Source: Strigamia acuminata (taxonomy: Eukaryota). Taken from it: a stretch of DNA of 64,000 nucleotides. Below, one piece after another: positions 50,953 through 60,013 of this stretch; position 1 is the first letter of the stretch, and each line of letters starts with the position of its first letter. A model generated the notes under the pieces. That model made no database searches. It saw only the letters and a list, made by a program, of their open reading frames with translations, and was not told where the DNA came from. The stretch lies in NCBI GenBank assembly GCA_949358305.1, contig OX442314.1:24490001-24554000 (forward strand), read 5' to 3'. The translations under genes and the position numbers were made by a program.

Positions 50953-52131
50953 TGTTGCGATCTCAAATGTTCACTTCATTTGTGGAGAGGTTTTTCTACC
51001 ACGTTTTTAAGATATTATTTATATTTTAACCATAATCATTAGAATTGTGTTTTTTGCCGTGCACCTGTTGCGCTTTTGGGCAATTGGCCCAGAAGCTGTA
51101 ACGGCTGCCCTGGCATTTTGAGCCCTGGATTGGGGCGTTGCTAAGTCAATCCCCAAATTTTGCACCGTTGCTAGGGCTGAAGCGTGCCTTGGCACACGCC
51201 ACGCCTGCGCACTGGCCGTTTTCCGGCCATATTCCGAGTAATAATTCGAATTATTACTCACTCTTTGCATCACACTCATACCGTTCACACCGACACAGCT
51301 TTGTTCACAACCAAAAACACTGTTTTGTCCGTGACTCGTGAGTTTTGCCAAGTTTCAACCCGATTTGTTTGAACCAACGTTCAAACGAATCACTTTCCGA
51401 GCCGCGAAGACGACGCACGACGGCCCAAACCACCGTCGTTCCCGCCGCCGCCCGAAGACCAACGCGCCCACGCCGTTGAAGATCGACGCCAGCCAGCCGC
51501 CGAGGATTGCAGAGCCATCGTCGCCGCTCCTCGACCTGTTGACGACGATTCCGATTCAGATTGCAGCGGATCTCCAGTCAGGTTTTAACGATCGGCGGTA
51601 CCCGCCGTTTGACTACTTGTCTCCAACGGAAATCTCCCGTTGCAATCTAGGGTTTAACCCAAGATTTCCCGTCTTGTCAGGCTTAACAGCCGACACTCTT
51701 TGTGAAGTCTTTCGGCTTCACGCTTCCTTTCTCACTTCGCAGAATTTGCGCGGCGACGAGTCGCCATTTCTGCACTGCTTTTTCCCGCCCGAAGGAGTCC
51801 CGCGCTGCTTCGAGCACGTCGCCTTCTACGCCGACGATCTTATCCTCATAGAACCCATCTTATTAACATTCTCTTCAATAGAACCTGTACTTAACGCTCA
51901 ATAAATTGATTAACTGTTTGATTTAAAATAACTAAACTAGCCTTTATTCGAGATCAAATCCCTAGACACCGACTTAACGGCTAACCCACCCGATAGAAGA
52001 CCTATAAACGGCATTCAACTGCTTCCACAGGTGAACGCCGGGATCTCTTGCAATTGGAAAAATCCCATAGTGACTAAATATAAATTTAGTGTTGTTGTGA
52101 AAAGTCAATTGGAACCATCAGGAACGCAACA
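50953..52131 (+). repeat. E3 5' LTR (1179 bp)
   Basis: 7-bp terminal inverted repeat. Matches 62945-64000; one substitution noticed (51669 C versus 63661 T). Confidence 0.95.
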
Positions 52132-52133
52132 CT

Positions 52134-52151
52134 TGGGGGCCTGGCCGGGAT
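52134..52151 (+). other. E3 PBS (tRNA-Pro-like)
   Basis: TGGGGGCCTGGCCGGGAT, 2 nt after the LTR, matches 15/18 to TGGGGGCTCGTCCGGGAT. Confidence 0.65.
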
Positions 52152-52222
52152 TACCAATTGTTTAAAATTAGCATTTATTCCTACTTTCCTATCATCTTTC
52201 TCTCTTATCTGTCTAACTCAGT

Positions 52223-54826
52223 ATGTCAAACTCAGAAGGAGAAATTCCTATTGATGATGAAGGAGTACAGACTCGTACAAAAACGGGCGCTAAGCGCCGT
52301 AGATCGGGTCGTCCTCGAACGGCACGTAATAGTCTAACGGCTCAACATTTAGCCGAAACTATTGACGCTGTTGCCGCCGAGGGTGCCACGACTAAGGAAG
52401 TTGGAACAGGCGGTGAAGAACGCGAAGAAGCGATTTCCGCTGGACCAACGAACTGGGGTGATTCTTCCATGGATTTGGACAACATCGAGATTCCTGATAC
52501 GCAACCGGTGGGTTACAAGGAACTTCTGGATCGAGCAATTCTCCAGGGGGTACAAGTGACTGATCAGATGACGATTATGGAAATTTACGAAGCCATGTCT
52601 AATCATGAAAGAAAACGCCTGGTCGATCATATGAACGAGCAGATGGCTGCTGTTACTCGAAAAATGAACTCAGCGTCTCAAGCCAAGGAAGCTGCTGAAA
52701 AATCGAATCAAGCTTTGCGAGAGATAAACGCTCAGTACCGTCACAGTGAAGAAAAACTGAAAAAACAATCGGACGAACTGGAGCGCCAACGCATGGAATT
52801 CGATGCTCGAAAGAAACATTTGTCTAAAAAAGAGACTGAAGTTTTCAAAAGGGAACAGGAGATTGCTTGGGATTCCATAAAGCAACAGGAATCATCTAAT
52901 AACGAACTCCGTAGACAAATGGCAGCCGCCGACAAAAAAGCTCAAGAAACTGAAGATGAGCTACGGCGAGCCAAATTGCTGAAAGAACAAGAGGAATTTG
53001 AGGAGGAACAAGAACGAATACGTGTTGCTGAATTCGCCTCACAACAGAAAGGTCCAGCCGCCAAAGTGAAAAAGAAAGTCGTGCGGCTAGAAGATTCTGC
53101 AACCGACGAATCGTCTCAAACATCAAGTGAAGATGAGCGACAGTCGCGCAAAAGAAGATGTTCCGATGCTGAGGGGCCTACATCAAAAAAGAACGGCGCT
53201 TCAGATGCCGAAATTTTCACTAATAGCGACAAACTCATGACCATGATGGATGAAAGAAATCGTATGAAGATACAAAACGATTCGCATCGGCCCAACGATA
53301 ATTATGACCAGTCCGGAAGTCGAAGTGCGTCTCCAGACCCCGAAGATCGTGATAAGGGGGATGAGCGTCAGAAATACGACAATGTACCTCCGCCACGAGG
53401 GTCGAAGGACGAATCCCTTTCGGAAGGCGAAAAATCTACTCGATCTGAGACGCGGAAAGAACGAAAGAGTCGTTCAAGGACGAAATCCAGAAGATCTCGG
53501 TCCAGCGATGAACGTTATTACACCGCTGAACAGATCGACGCGATGTTTCAAAAACAAGCGCAGTCAGCAAGTCGAACCACACGGCTAGCAGAGTTACGCA
53601 AATTCGACTTGAAGCGCAAAATTGCGAAATACACCACTGATAAGTGGCGGCATAAAATTGCCGATGTGAAAACAATTCGATGGGATCGATTAGTCCCTGA
53701 TCGTTTTAATGGAGAATTCCAAATGGGATCAACCTTTTTGGAAGAAATTACAAGAATGGCTCGATTAAATGGTATAACACCTCAAGATACTTTGGAGAAG
53801 TTAGTCCCAAAATCATTGGTGGCACGCGCCGAAAATTGGTTCGTTGAACGAGAATTCGTGCACTGGAATCAATTTGTAGAAGCGTTCATGCGAGAATACG
53901 CTGAACCCACTGAAGACATTTATCAATTATGGGACAATTTAGCTCAATCAGCGGGAGAAGACATTCGTTCCTATCTCCGCCGAACCGAAGATTTGTTGTC
54001 ATCATTACCAACGCCATCTACTGACCATGATGTGGACAGAAAATTTCGAAAGGCGATGACACCATATTCCCGAAGTATTCTGCAAAATGTTGATGCACCG
54101 CCGGTCGGATCATTCAAAGAACTCTCCCAATTTTTAAGGGATAATGACCTGAGAATTGAAGAAAAATATAATGAATATTTGACTCCGGAGGAGACTGCAG
54201 CTATTAAAAAACGGCAGTTACGCATTAAAGAATATGTGAAAGAAGCTAGACTTGGACAAGCTCCTTTAATGCAACCCCGAGATCGAGGGGATTACTTTGC
54301 GGAGAAGACGGATAAAAATACAAGTGCCGGACCTCCGAACCCCCACAAACTACCCAAAAATTCTCGAGCTTACGCGAATCTTGCCTTGTCGGAAGACAGC
54401 ACTGATGTAGTCGAAGATGACGACCCAGGGCTAGACCCTTTAGTTGAGAATGCTATTGTATTACTCGCGAAGCATGTCACTGAGAATAAATTCAGACCAA
54501 AAATGGTTGGTAAAAACGTTACTTTTAATACAGCAAACCTTAATACAGATGCTCGATCAAAATCACCTTTGCCGCTACCCATCAAGCCCGAAGTGATTCT
54601 GGATACTGAAAAGGAATCGGCTACAGATAAAAAAGCCGTAGAACCTCGTTCAAAGTCGCCCACTTCAGGAAACGGTCCTAGGCGCAAATCACCAGAAACC
54701 GATCCATGCCATAGATGTGGAAAGTTGGGGCATTGGTCGAATCAGTGTCCTGATAGAAGTCCAGTAGCTGCCGAGATAGAAGGTCTTGTCAGCAAGTTGG
54801 GGGAACTGCTCCGAAAAAACTTGTGA
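52223..54826 (+). CDS. gag: Gag polyprotein (E3), 867 aa, with long coiled-coil N-terminal region
   Basis: Capsid-like VPDRFNG...LVARAENWF...WNQFVEAFMREY, CCHC knuckle CHRCGKLGHWSNQC and an E/K/Q/R-rich helical stretch at about aa 125-275. Confidence 0.92.
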   Translation: MSNSEGEIPIDDEGVQTRTKTGAKRRRSGRPRTARNSLTAQHLAETIDAVAAEGATTKEVGTGGEEREEAISAGPTNWGDSSMDLDNIEIPDTQPVGYKELLDRAILQGVQVTDQMTIMEIYEAMSNHERKRLVDHMNEQMAAVTRKMNSASQAKEAAEKSNQALREINAQYRHSEEKLKKQSDELERQRMEFDARKKHLSKKETEVFKREQEIAWDSIKQQESSNNELRRQMAAADKKAQETEDELRRAKLLKEQEEFEEEQERIRVAEFASQQKGPAAKVKKKVVRLEDSATDESSQTSSEDERQSRKRRCSDAEGPTSKKNGASDAEIFTNSDKLMTMMDERNRMKIQNDSHRPNDNYDQSGSRSASPDPEDRDKGDERQKYDNVPPPRGSKDESLSEGEKSTRSETRKERKSRSRTKSRRSRSSDERYYTAEQIDAMFQKQAQSASRTTRLAELRKFDLKRKIAKYTTDKWRHKIADVKTIRWDRLVPDRFNGEFQMGSTFLEEITRMARLNGITPQDTLEKLVPKSLVARAENWFVEREFVHWNQFVEAFMREYAEPTEDIYQLWDNLAQSAGEDIRSYLRRTEDLLSSLPTPSTDHDVDRKFRKAMTPYSRSILQNVDAPPVGSFKELSQFLRDNDLRIEEKYNEYLTPEETAAIKKRQLRIKEYVKEARLGQAPLMQPRDRGDYFAEKTDKNTSAGPPNPHKLPKNSRAYANLALSEDSTDVVEDDDPGLDPLVENAIVLLAKHVTENKFRPKMVGKNVTFNTANLNTDARSKSPLPLPIKPEVILDTEKESATDKKAVEPRSKSPTSGNGPRRKSPETDPCHRCGKLGHWSNQCPDRSPVAAEIEGLVSKLGELLRKNL

Positions 54827-54862
54827 GCGCGGGTTTGGCAGCGAATACGCTGAAACTCGCGC
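54814..54862 (+). other. E3 -1 programmed ribosomal frameshift signal
   Basis: A AAA AAC (54814-54820), a 6-nt spacer, then hairpin GCGCGGGTTT-gg-CAGCG-aata-CGCTG-AAACTCGCGC (54827-54862). Pol is open in the -1 frame. Confidence 0.88.
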
Positions 54863-57800
54863 CAGTTGCCTCGGAAACAATTAAGGAGATAGACGCTGAC
54901 GTTTGTCCCAAGATTGAAGTAACCCATAATTACCGTGAACCATTGGATAAAAACTATTTAGACTACTGGGACTCAGTAGATAAAAAACATTTGATGGTAG
55001 CTCAGTTTAAACCCTGTGACCTGAAATTTCCTAAAGTTGACCTTACGAAACTTAACGAAGTATTGGCCGAAAAAACGGCCGACAAACGATACTTTCAATA
55101 TCACGTTAGGAAAGCGTTACAGTGCTACCCCAAACCAAGTAAAAACTGGATGGATAAACTTTGGGAAAAATTCCGTCCCAAGTCGAAAGAAGTCGATGAA
55201 ATTGAAGAAATGACTAGAGCTATGGAAAGAGTCGTTCTGTCATATAACGATGAAATGGACGAACTTCCTATTGATTATCCTGCCTTAGAACATCGGATAC
55301 GTAGAGTCACCTGCAATTTGAACATGGAAGATTTTACGGGAATTCCGAAAATACAACTACAGACCATGAAAGGACCAATTACTGGTTTGTTGGATTCTGG
55401 AGCCAATAGAAGCTTTATGGCGGCTTCAGTAATGGAAAATCTGAAATTAGAAAAAGAATTACAGTACATCTCGCCAAGTCTCTGTATTGGAACGGCTGGC
55501 AAAGATATTCAACCAGTCGGAACCCTGTTGCTGTCATTTCGATGGACACATGGAGTCCTTGTGCATCCTTTCATAGTTATTGAACACCGTTTCCCGATGA
55601 TTTTACTGGGAAATGATTTCATGAAGCGGCTAAGCATACAGCCGAATCCGAAAACGATGTCATGGAATTTTATTACTCCATTGACCGAAACTCTACCATA
55701 TATACCGCAGTCAGTTTTGGACAGATATAAAACCAAAATTGAAGAATTACCGCCAGACAATGCTACATTTGTATGTCGTGAAGGAATTTTGGCTGGCGCA
55801 GCTACTCTTAAAATGGGAGATGATATCACCAAAATGGTGAATGATGCCAATCTGACATTGGAGCAAGGACTCTCATTGGCGGAAGTATTAAAGAGACGAC
55901 AGAGAATTCTATCAAGAGTTCCTGGACGTACACACATAGTGCAGCACGATATCAAGCTGACAACTGATAAACCGATAAGGGTACCATTTAAAAGTTATAA
56001 CCCTCAGAAAAGGGAAATAATTCGGCAAATCTGTCAGGATATGGTAGACAAGGGGATTGCTGTGCCTGCCACTGGAGATTATGCCATGCGAATTGTTTTA
56101 GTGGTCAAACCGGGGGCCGAACCACGCCTCTGTGTAGATTATCGGCCATTAAACGAACATACAGAATATGATCCTCCTCAGATGCCGACGATCGAGGAAA
56201 TTTTGAGAGAAATCGGTTCATTTGAGTGGGTTACCACGATCGACTTGACAAAAGGCTATTGGCAGATAGGTTTGACCCCGTCTGCACAGCCGAAAACGGC
56301 TTTTTGGAGCCCTATAGGCCGATTGATGTTTTTAGTTATGGCATTTGGACTGAAAAATGCGCCGACTAGTTTCCAACGTTTAATTGAGAAAGTCCTCGAT
56401 GAGATGTATAGGCGACAAGCTTGGGCGTACCTGGACGATATCATAACTGTTTCAAAGACATATGAAGAGCATTTAATCAATGTCGACAAAATTTTAGGAA
56501 AATTAGAACAAGCTAATTTGTGTGTCAACCCGGATAAGTCGAAATTCTGTAGAAAAGAATTGATTTTTCTTGGGTACAAATTAGGAACCGGCGGACTCGC
56601 CGTTGACCCCAAGAAGTTGGATGCAATTACGAAATTTCCAACCCCAACCAATTTAAAAGAACTTCAACGTTTTTTGGGGATGGTTAACTTTTTCCATCGA
56701 CTTCTAAAAAATTTATCAGTCATGGCAGAACCATTGAGGCCTCTATTGAAAAAGGATATGGATTTCAAATGGCAATCCAGTCATCAAGAGGCTTTTGAAA
56801 AAATTAAAATAGCCCTCACTGATTCAGGAACAATGGCCATGCCAGATCTGTATCGACCTTTCGTAATTCATACGGACGCCAGTCGTCAAGGATTGGGCGC
56901 CGCATTGATGCAAATCCAACCTGAAAGGGGTGGACAAGAAGAACTACCTTGCGTTTATTCAAGCCGTAGCTTGCAGCCGGCTGAAGTAAATTACACGGCT
57001 ACTGAATTAGAGTGTTTGGCCGTTGTTTGGGCGCTGAGAAAATATCGCCCTTACATCGAATTTACTAAATTCACCGTTCAAACGGATCATCAGGCCTTGA
57101 AATGGCTAATGTCTCTGGAAGAACCGGCAGGACGTCTGGCGCGATGGCAACTCGAATTAATGGCGTATACATTTGAAATCCAGTATATTAAAGGGCCGTT
57201 AAACGTATTGGCCGATGCTTTGTCTCGAGCTCCTGTCTGCACGCCCGAAGAAGATAACGTAGACGGTGAAGATGACGATTTATTGGCGTATTGTCCATCG
57301 CCATATCGACACTGGAAGCTGGGGGGACCAAATCAGCTTCCCACATCGGAAGTTGTTGAAGACGAGAGAATAATCAATTTTTGGTCGCATGCTTATGATC
57401 CTCCTAATGTTGAATCCAATGAAAAAATTCATCTCATGATGACTCAAGAGTTTGAATTCCCGTCGTCAAATGTCCTCGTCCACGCTTTTGCAGCCAACGT
57501 TGTGAAGAAATTAGAATGTGAGCCACCTACAAGAGAAGAAATTATTGTTGGGCAAAAACAAGATAAAGAATGCCAAAAAATTCGAAATTTCCTGCTCAAT
57601 GGTTGTTACCCTCCTGAACTTAAGCACGCGATGAGCAAGAGACGTTTTAAACGAAAAGCGTCCGCTTATCTAATTGAAGAAGATTTACTTCTAAAATTCC
57701 ATCCGACTCTAACCGATGAGTTAGGAGAAAACGGAAGAGCGTTGAAAGTCGTGGTACCAGAGAATCTCGTTTACAGAGTCATCTGGACAGCTCACGGACA

Positions 57801-59250
57801 CCCGTTGTCTGGACACAGTGGTATTACTCGAACGATGTATCGAGCTAGAAGAATCTACGCATGGCCGACGATGAAACGAGATATTACTCGCTTTATCAAA
57901 CATTGTCAACGCTGCCAGGCTTGCAAGCCAAGGCAAAAATTAGAAATTGAAGCAGCTCAAATGGGTCCGTATGCTCCCTTTGATTGCTTGAGTGCTGATC
58001 TCATGGGACCAAAACCAAAAACTCCACGAGGTAACACTCACATACTCGTTATAATCGATGTCGCTACAAAATGGCCAGAGATGCGGCCAATGTCAAAACC
58101 AACTTCGGCTAAAATAGCTGACTGTATTTATAATTTATCACTACAATTTGGCTTTCCACGCAAAATACTGTCTGATAATGGCTCGCAATTTAGATCGCAA
58201 GTATACCAGAAGTTTTGCGAGAAATTCAAAATGTTACCAGCTTATACTTCGCCGTACCATCCTCAGGCGAATCCTGTTGAAAGAACCAACAGAGATATTA
58301 AATATTTGATTGCTTTATACACTGATGTTCACACCCGTTGGGATGAATATTTACGAGAATTCGCCTTTAGTCTGCGAACTACGGTCGCAGCCGGAAGAGA
58401 ATTCTCACCGGCTTATTTAAATTTCGGCAGAGAATTGAGAGTGCCGTGGGATCCGCGCTTGCCAGATGAAGTTCTTGTCGTAGACCCGAAAAATCCTCAT
58501 ATTTATATTCATCAACTGGAGAAAGTGCTCGCAAGCACATATCAGCACATGATGTCGCACGTATTTGATCTACAAAAAAGAGTGCAAGATCACCAATCAG
58601 AAAAGAAGTTCGATAATTTCAAAGTGAACGACTTAGTCTGGAAAAATTCCCATGTATTATCCAGCGCTGTTAAAGGAATTTCGGCAGGAATCGCTGATCG
58701 CCGAACTGGACCTTTTGCAATTATTCGTGCACATCAAGGCAATGCCTTTGAGTTAAAACGTTTGGAAGATAATGCAAAATTCCCGTCTATCCACGCATCC
58801 GAACTTACACCATATTTCCCTCAATTTACTCAGGAAATTTGGCGGAGGGGAGAGGTGGTGGGACAACCCACTGAAAATAAAATTAATACATTATTTGAAG
58901 ACGAAGTAAAAACTTTACCGTCGCTGCCAAATTCCGATGACGAAGTTGAACACGTGGCGATTAGTTTTGAAAACATTCAAATAGCCCAGGATGATCTACA
59001 AACCACGTTGGAACCGGCCACAAAGCCGAAAAAGGCAAAGCGAAGATCCATGCTACACCCAGTAGTACCAAAAAATTCAGATGGTGACAAAAATACTGAA
59101 AAAACGGCTAAAAAATATAACATGAGAAGCCGGAAATCACCAAAACAGAGAGTAACTAGTCGATTCTGCGCAGAACGCGGACGACAAGACAGTACTCTAG
59201 TGAGTGATGGAGACATAATGATGTCACATCATTCTAAAAATAGTAATTAA
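54820..59250 (+). CDS. pol: Pol polyprotein (E3): protease, RT, RNase H, integrase
   Basis: LLDSGA; RLCVDYR, MAFGL and YLDD (56428-56439); TDAS; HGHPLSGH...CQRC; DLMGP and LSDNG; GPF motif. Uninterrupted. Confidence 0.97.
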   Translation, partial: LVSAGLAANTLKLAPVASETIKEIDADVCPKIEVTHNYREPLDKNYLDYWDSVDKKHLMVAQFKPCDLKFPKVDLTKLNEVLAEKTADKRYFQYHVRKALQCYPKPSKNWMDKLWEKFRPKSKEVDEIEEMTRAMERVVLSYNDEMDELPIDYPALEHRIRRVTCNLNMEDFTGIPKIQLQTMKGPITGLLDSGANRSFMAASVMENLKLEKELQYISPSLCIGTAGKDIQPVGTLLLSFRWTHGVLVHPFIVIEHRFPMILLGNDFMKRLSIQPNPKTMSWNFITPLTETLPYIPQSVLDRYKTKIEELPPDNATFVCREGILAGAATLKMGDDITKMVNDANLTLEQGLSLAEVLKRRQRILSRVPGRTHIVQHDIKLTTDKPIRVPFKSYNPQKREIIRQICQDMVDKGIAVPATGDYAMRIVLVVKPGAEPRLCVDYRPLNEHTEYDPPQMPTIEEILREIGSFEWVTTIDLTKGYWQIGLTPSAQPKTAFWSPIGRLMFLVMAFGLKNAPTSFQRLIEKVLDEMYRRQAWAYLDDIITVSKTYEEHLINVDKILGKLEQANLCVNPDKSKFCRKELIFLGYKLGTGGLAVDPKKLDAITKFPTPTNLKELQRFLGMVNFFHRLLKNLSVMAEPLRPLLKKDMDFKWQSSHQEAFEKIKIALTDSGTMAMPDLYRPFVIHTDASRQGLGAALMQIQPERGGQEELPCVYSSRSLQPAEVNYTATELECLAVVWALRKYRPYIEFTKFTVQTDHQALKWLMSLEEPAGRLARWQLELMAYTFEIQYIKGPLNVLADALSRAPVCTPEEDNVDGEDDDLLAYCPSPYRHWKLGGPNQLPTSEVVEDERIINFWSHAYDPPNVESNEKIHLMMTQEFEFPSSNVLVHAFAANVVKKLECEPPTREEIIVGQKQDKECQKIRNFLLNGCYPPELKHAMSKRRFKRKASAYLIEEDLLLKFHPTLTDELGENGRALKVVVPENLVYRVIWTAHGHPLSGHSGITRTMYRARRIYAWPTMKRDITRFIKHCQRCQACKPRQKLEIEAAQMGPYAPFDCLSADLMGPKPKTPRGNTHILVIIDVATKWPEMRPMSKPTSAKIADCIYNLSLQFGFPRKILSDNGSQFRSQVYQKFCEKFKMLPAYTSPYHPQANPVERTNRDIKYLIALYTDVHTRWDEYLREFAFSLRTTVAAGREFSPAYLNFGRELRVPWDPRLPDEVLVVDPKNPHIYIHQLEKVLASTYQHMMSHVFDLQKRVQDHQSEKKFDNFKVNDLVWKNSHVLSSAVKGISAGIADRRTGPFAIIRAHQGNAFELKRLEDNAKFPSIHASELTPYFPQFTQEIWRRGEVVGQPTENKINTLFEDEVKTLPSLPNSDDEVEHVAISFENIQIAQDDLQTTLEPATKPKKAKRRSMLHPVVPKNSDGDKNTEKTAKKYNMRSRKSPKQRVTSRFCAERGRQDSTLVSDGDIMMSHHSKNSN

Positions 59251-59418
59251 AATGACGTAGTTCATACGGCGACCAATCAGCATCAAGTTGGGGGACTTTG
59301 CAAAAATTTGTTACTTTCCAAAGTGAAACCACTCCGACAACACACTGATTGGGACGATCCGCCGATTAACGAAGGAAAAGAATAGATTCAACTTCGTAAG
59401 TGAAACAGTTAGTTTGAA

Positions 59419-59733
59419 ATGATTAGATTTGTCATGAAAAACAAACGGCCCATTCACAGAATCATGGCCGAAGGTGGCGAAGGACCGCCCAACACCGATT
59501 CGGACTGGGAGCCCGAAAGAAATCTCGTGATGAATCCGCCCGACGAAATGTTGAATGAAGATTTCGATCTGCAAAATCAGGTGAATATCGCCATTGAAAA
59601 AATTAAAAAAGCCGTTGAAATGTTGAAATCGGCTGACAAACGAATTTACAACCAAGCCCGACGGACGCTCGAAAAATACCGAAAGTTCGTAAAAACTGAG
59701 TCAGATCGTGTTGAAAGTATTTTAAACGAATAG
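59419..59733 (+). CDS. E3 small accessory ORF (104 aa; 89 aa if started at ATG 59464), acidic N-part plus amphipathic/coiled-coil helix
   Basis: ATG-initiated ORF between pol and the large ORF, with heptad-like DLQNQVNIAIEKIKKAVEMLK...YRKFVK...VESILNE. Confidence 0.5.
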   Translation: MIRFVMKNKRPIHRIMAEGGEGPPNTDSDWEPERNLVMNPPDEMLNEDFDLQNQVNIAIEKIKKAVEMLKSADKRIYNQARRTLEKYRKFVKTESDRVESILNE

Positions 59734-60013
59734 CTCGTTGAATTTCACGTAGTTACGTTCCACTTTTCTATCACAAAAGTTGGCCAAAAAAGGCCGAAAA
59801 AATTCAAGAAAAACTTTGTCAGTTCAAAAAATCACTTAACAAATTTTAAATGGCGCCATTTTTATGATCATGTGACTTCGCCCGACGGCTAGTAAGCGTT
59901 GTGAGGGAGTTGCCATGACGACCGCGCTCAATTTCTTTTTGCTAAAAAATATTTAAACAAAATATTATTCACCAGTTAATAATTAAAACTTTCAAACGTT
60001 TCTGTAGATATTA

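Noticed and set aside
51338..51904. 188-codon ORF in the E3 LTR (repeated at 63330-63896)
   Set aside because: It has no ATG (GTG start only) and no recognisable motif. It could only be used as a spliced exon, for which there is no evidence.
58900..59250. Possible chromodomain at the integrase C-terminus (also E1 36600-36940)
   Set aside because: The tails are acidic then basic low-complexity sequence without the aromatic cage or YLVKW-type motif.
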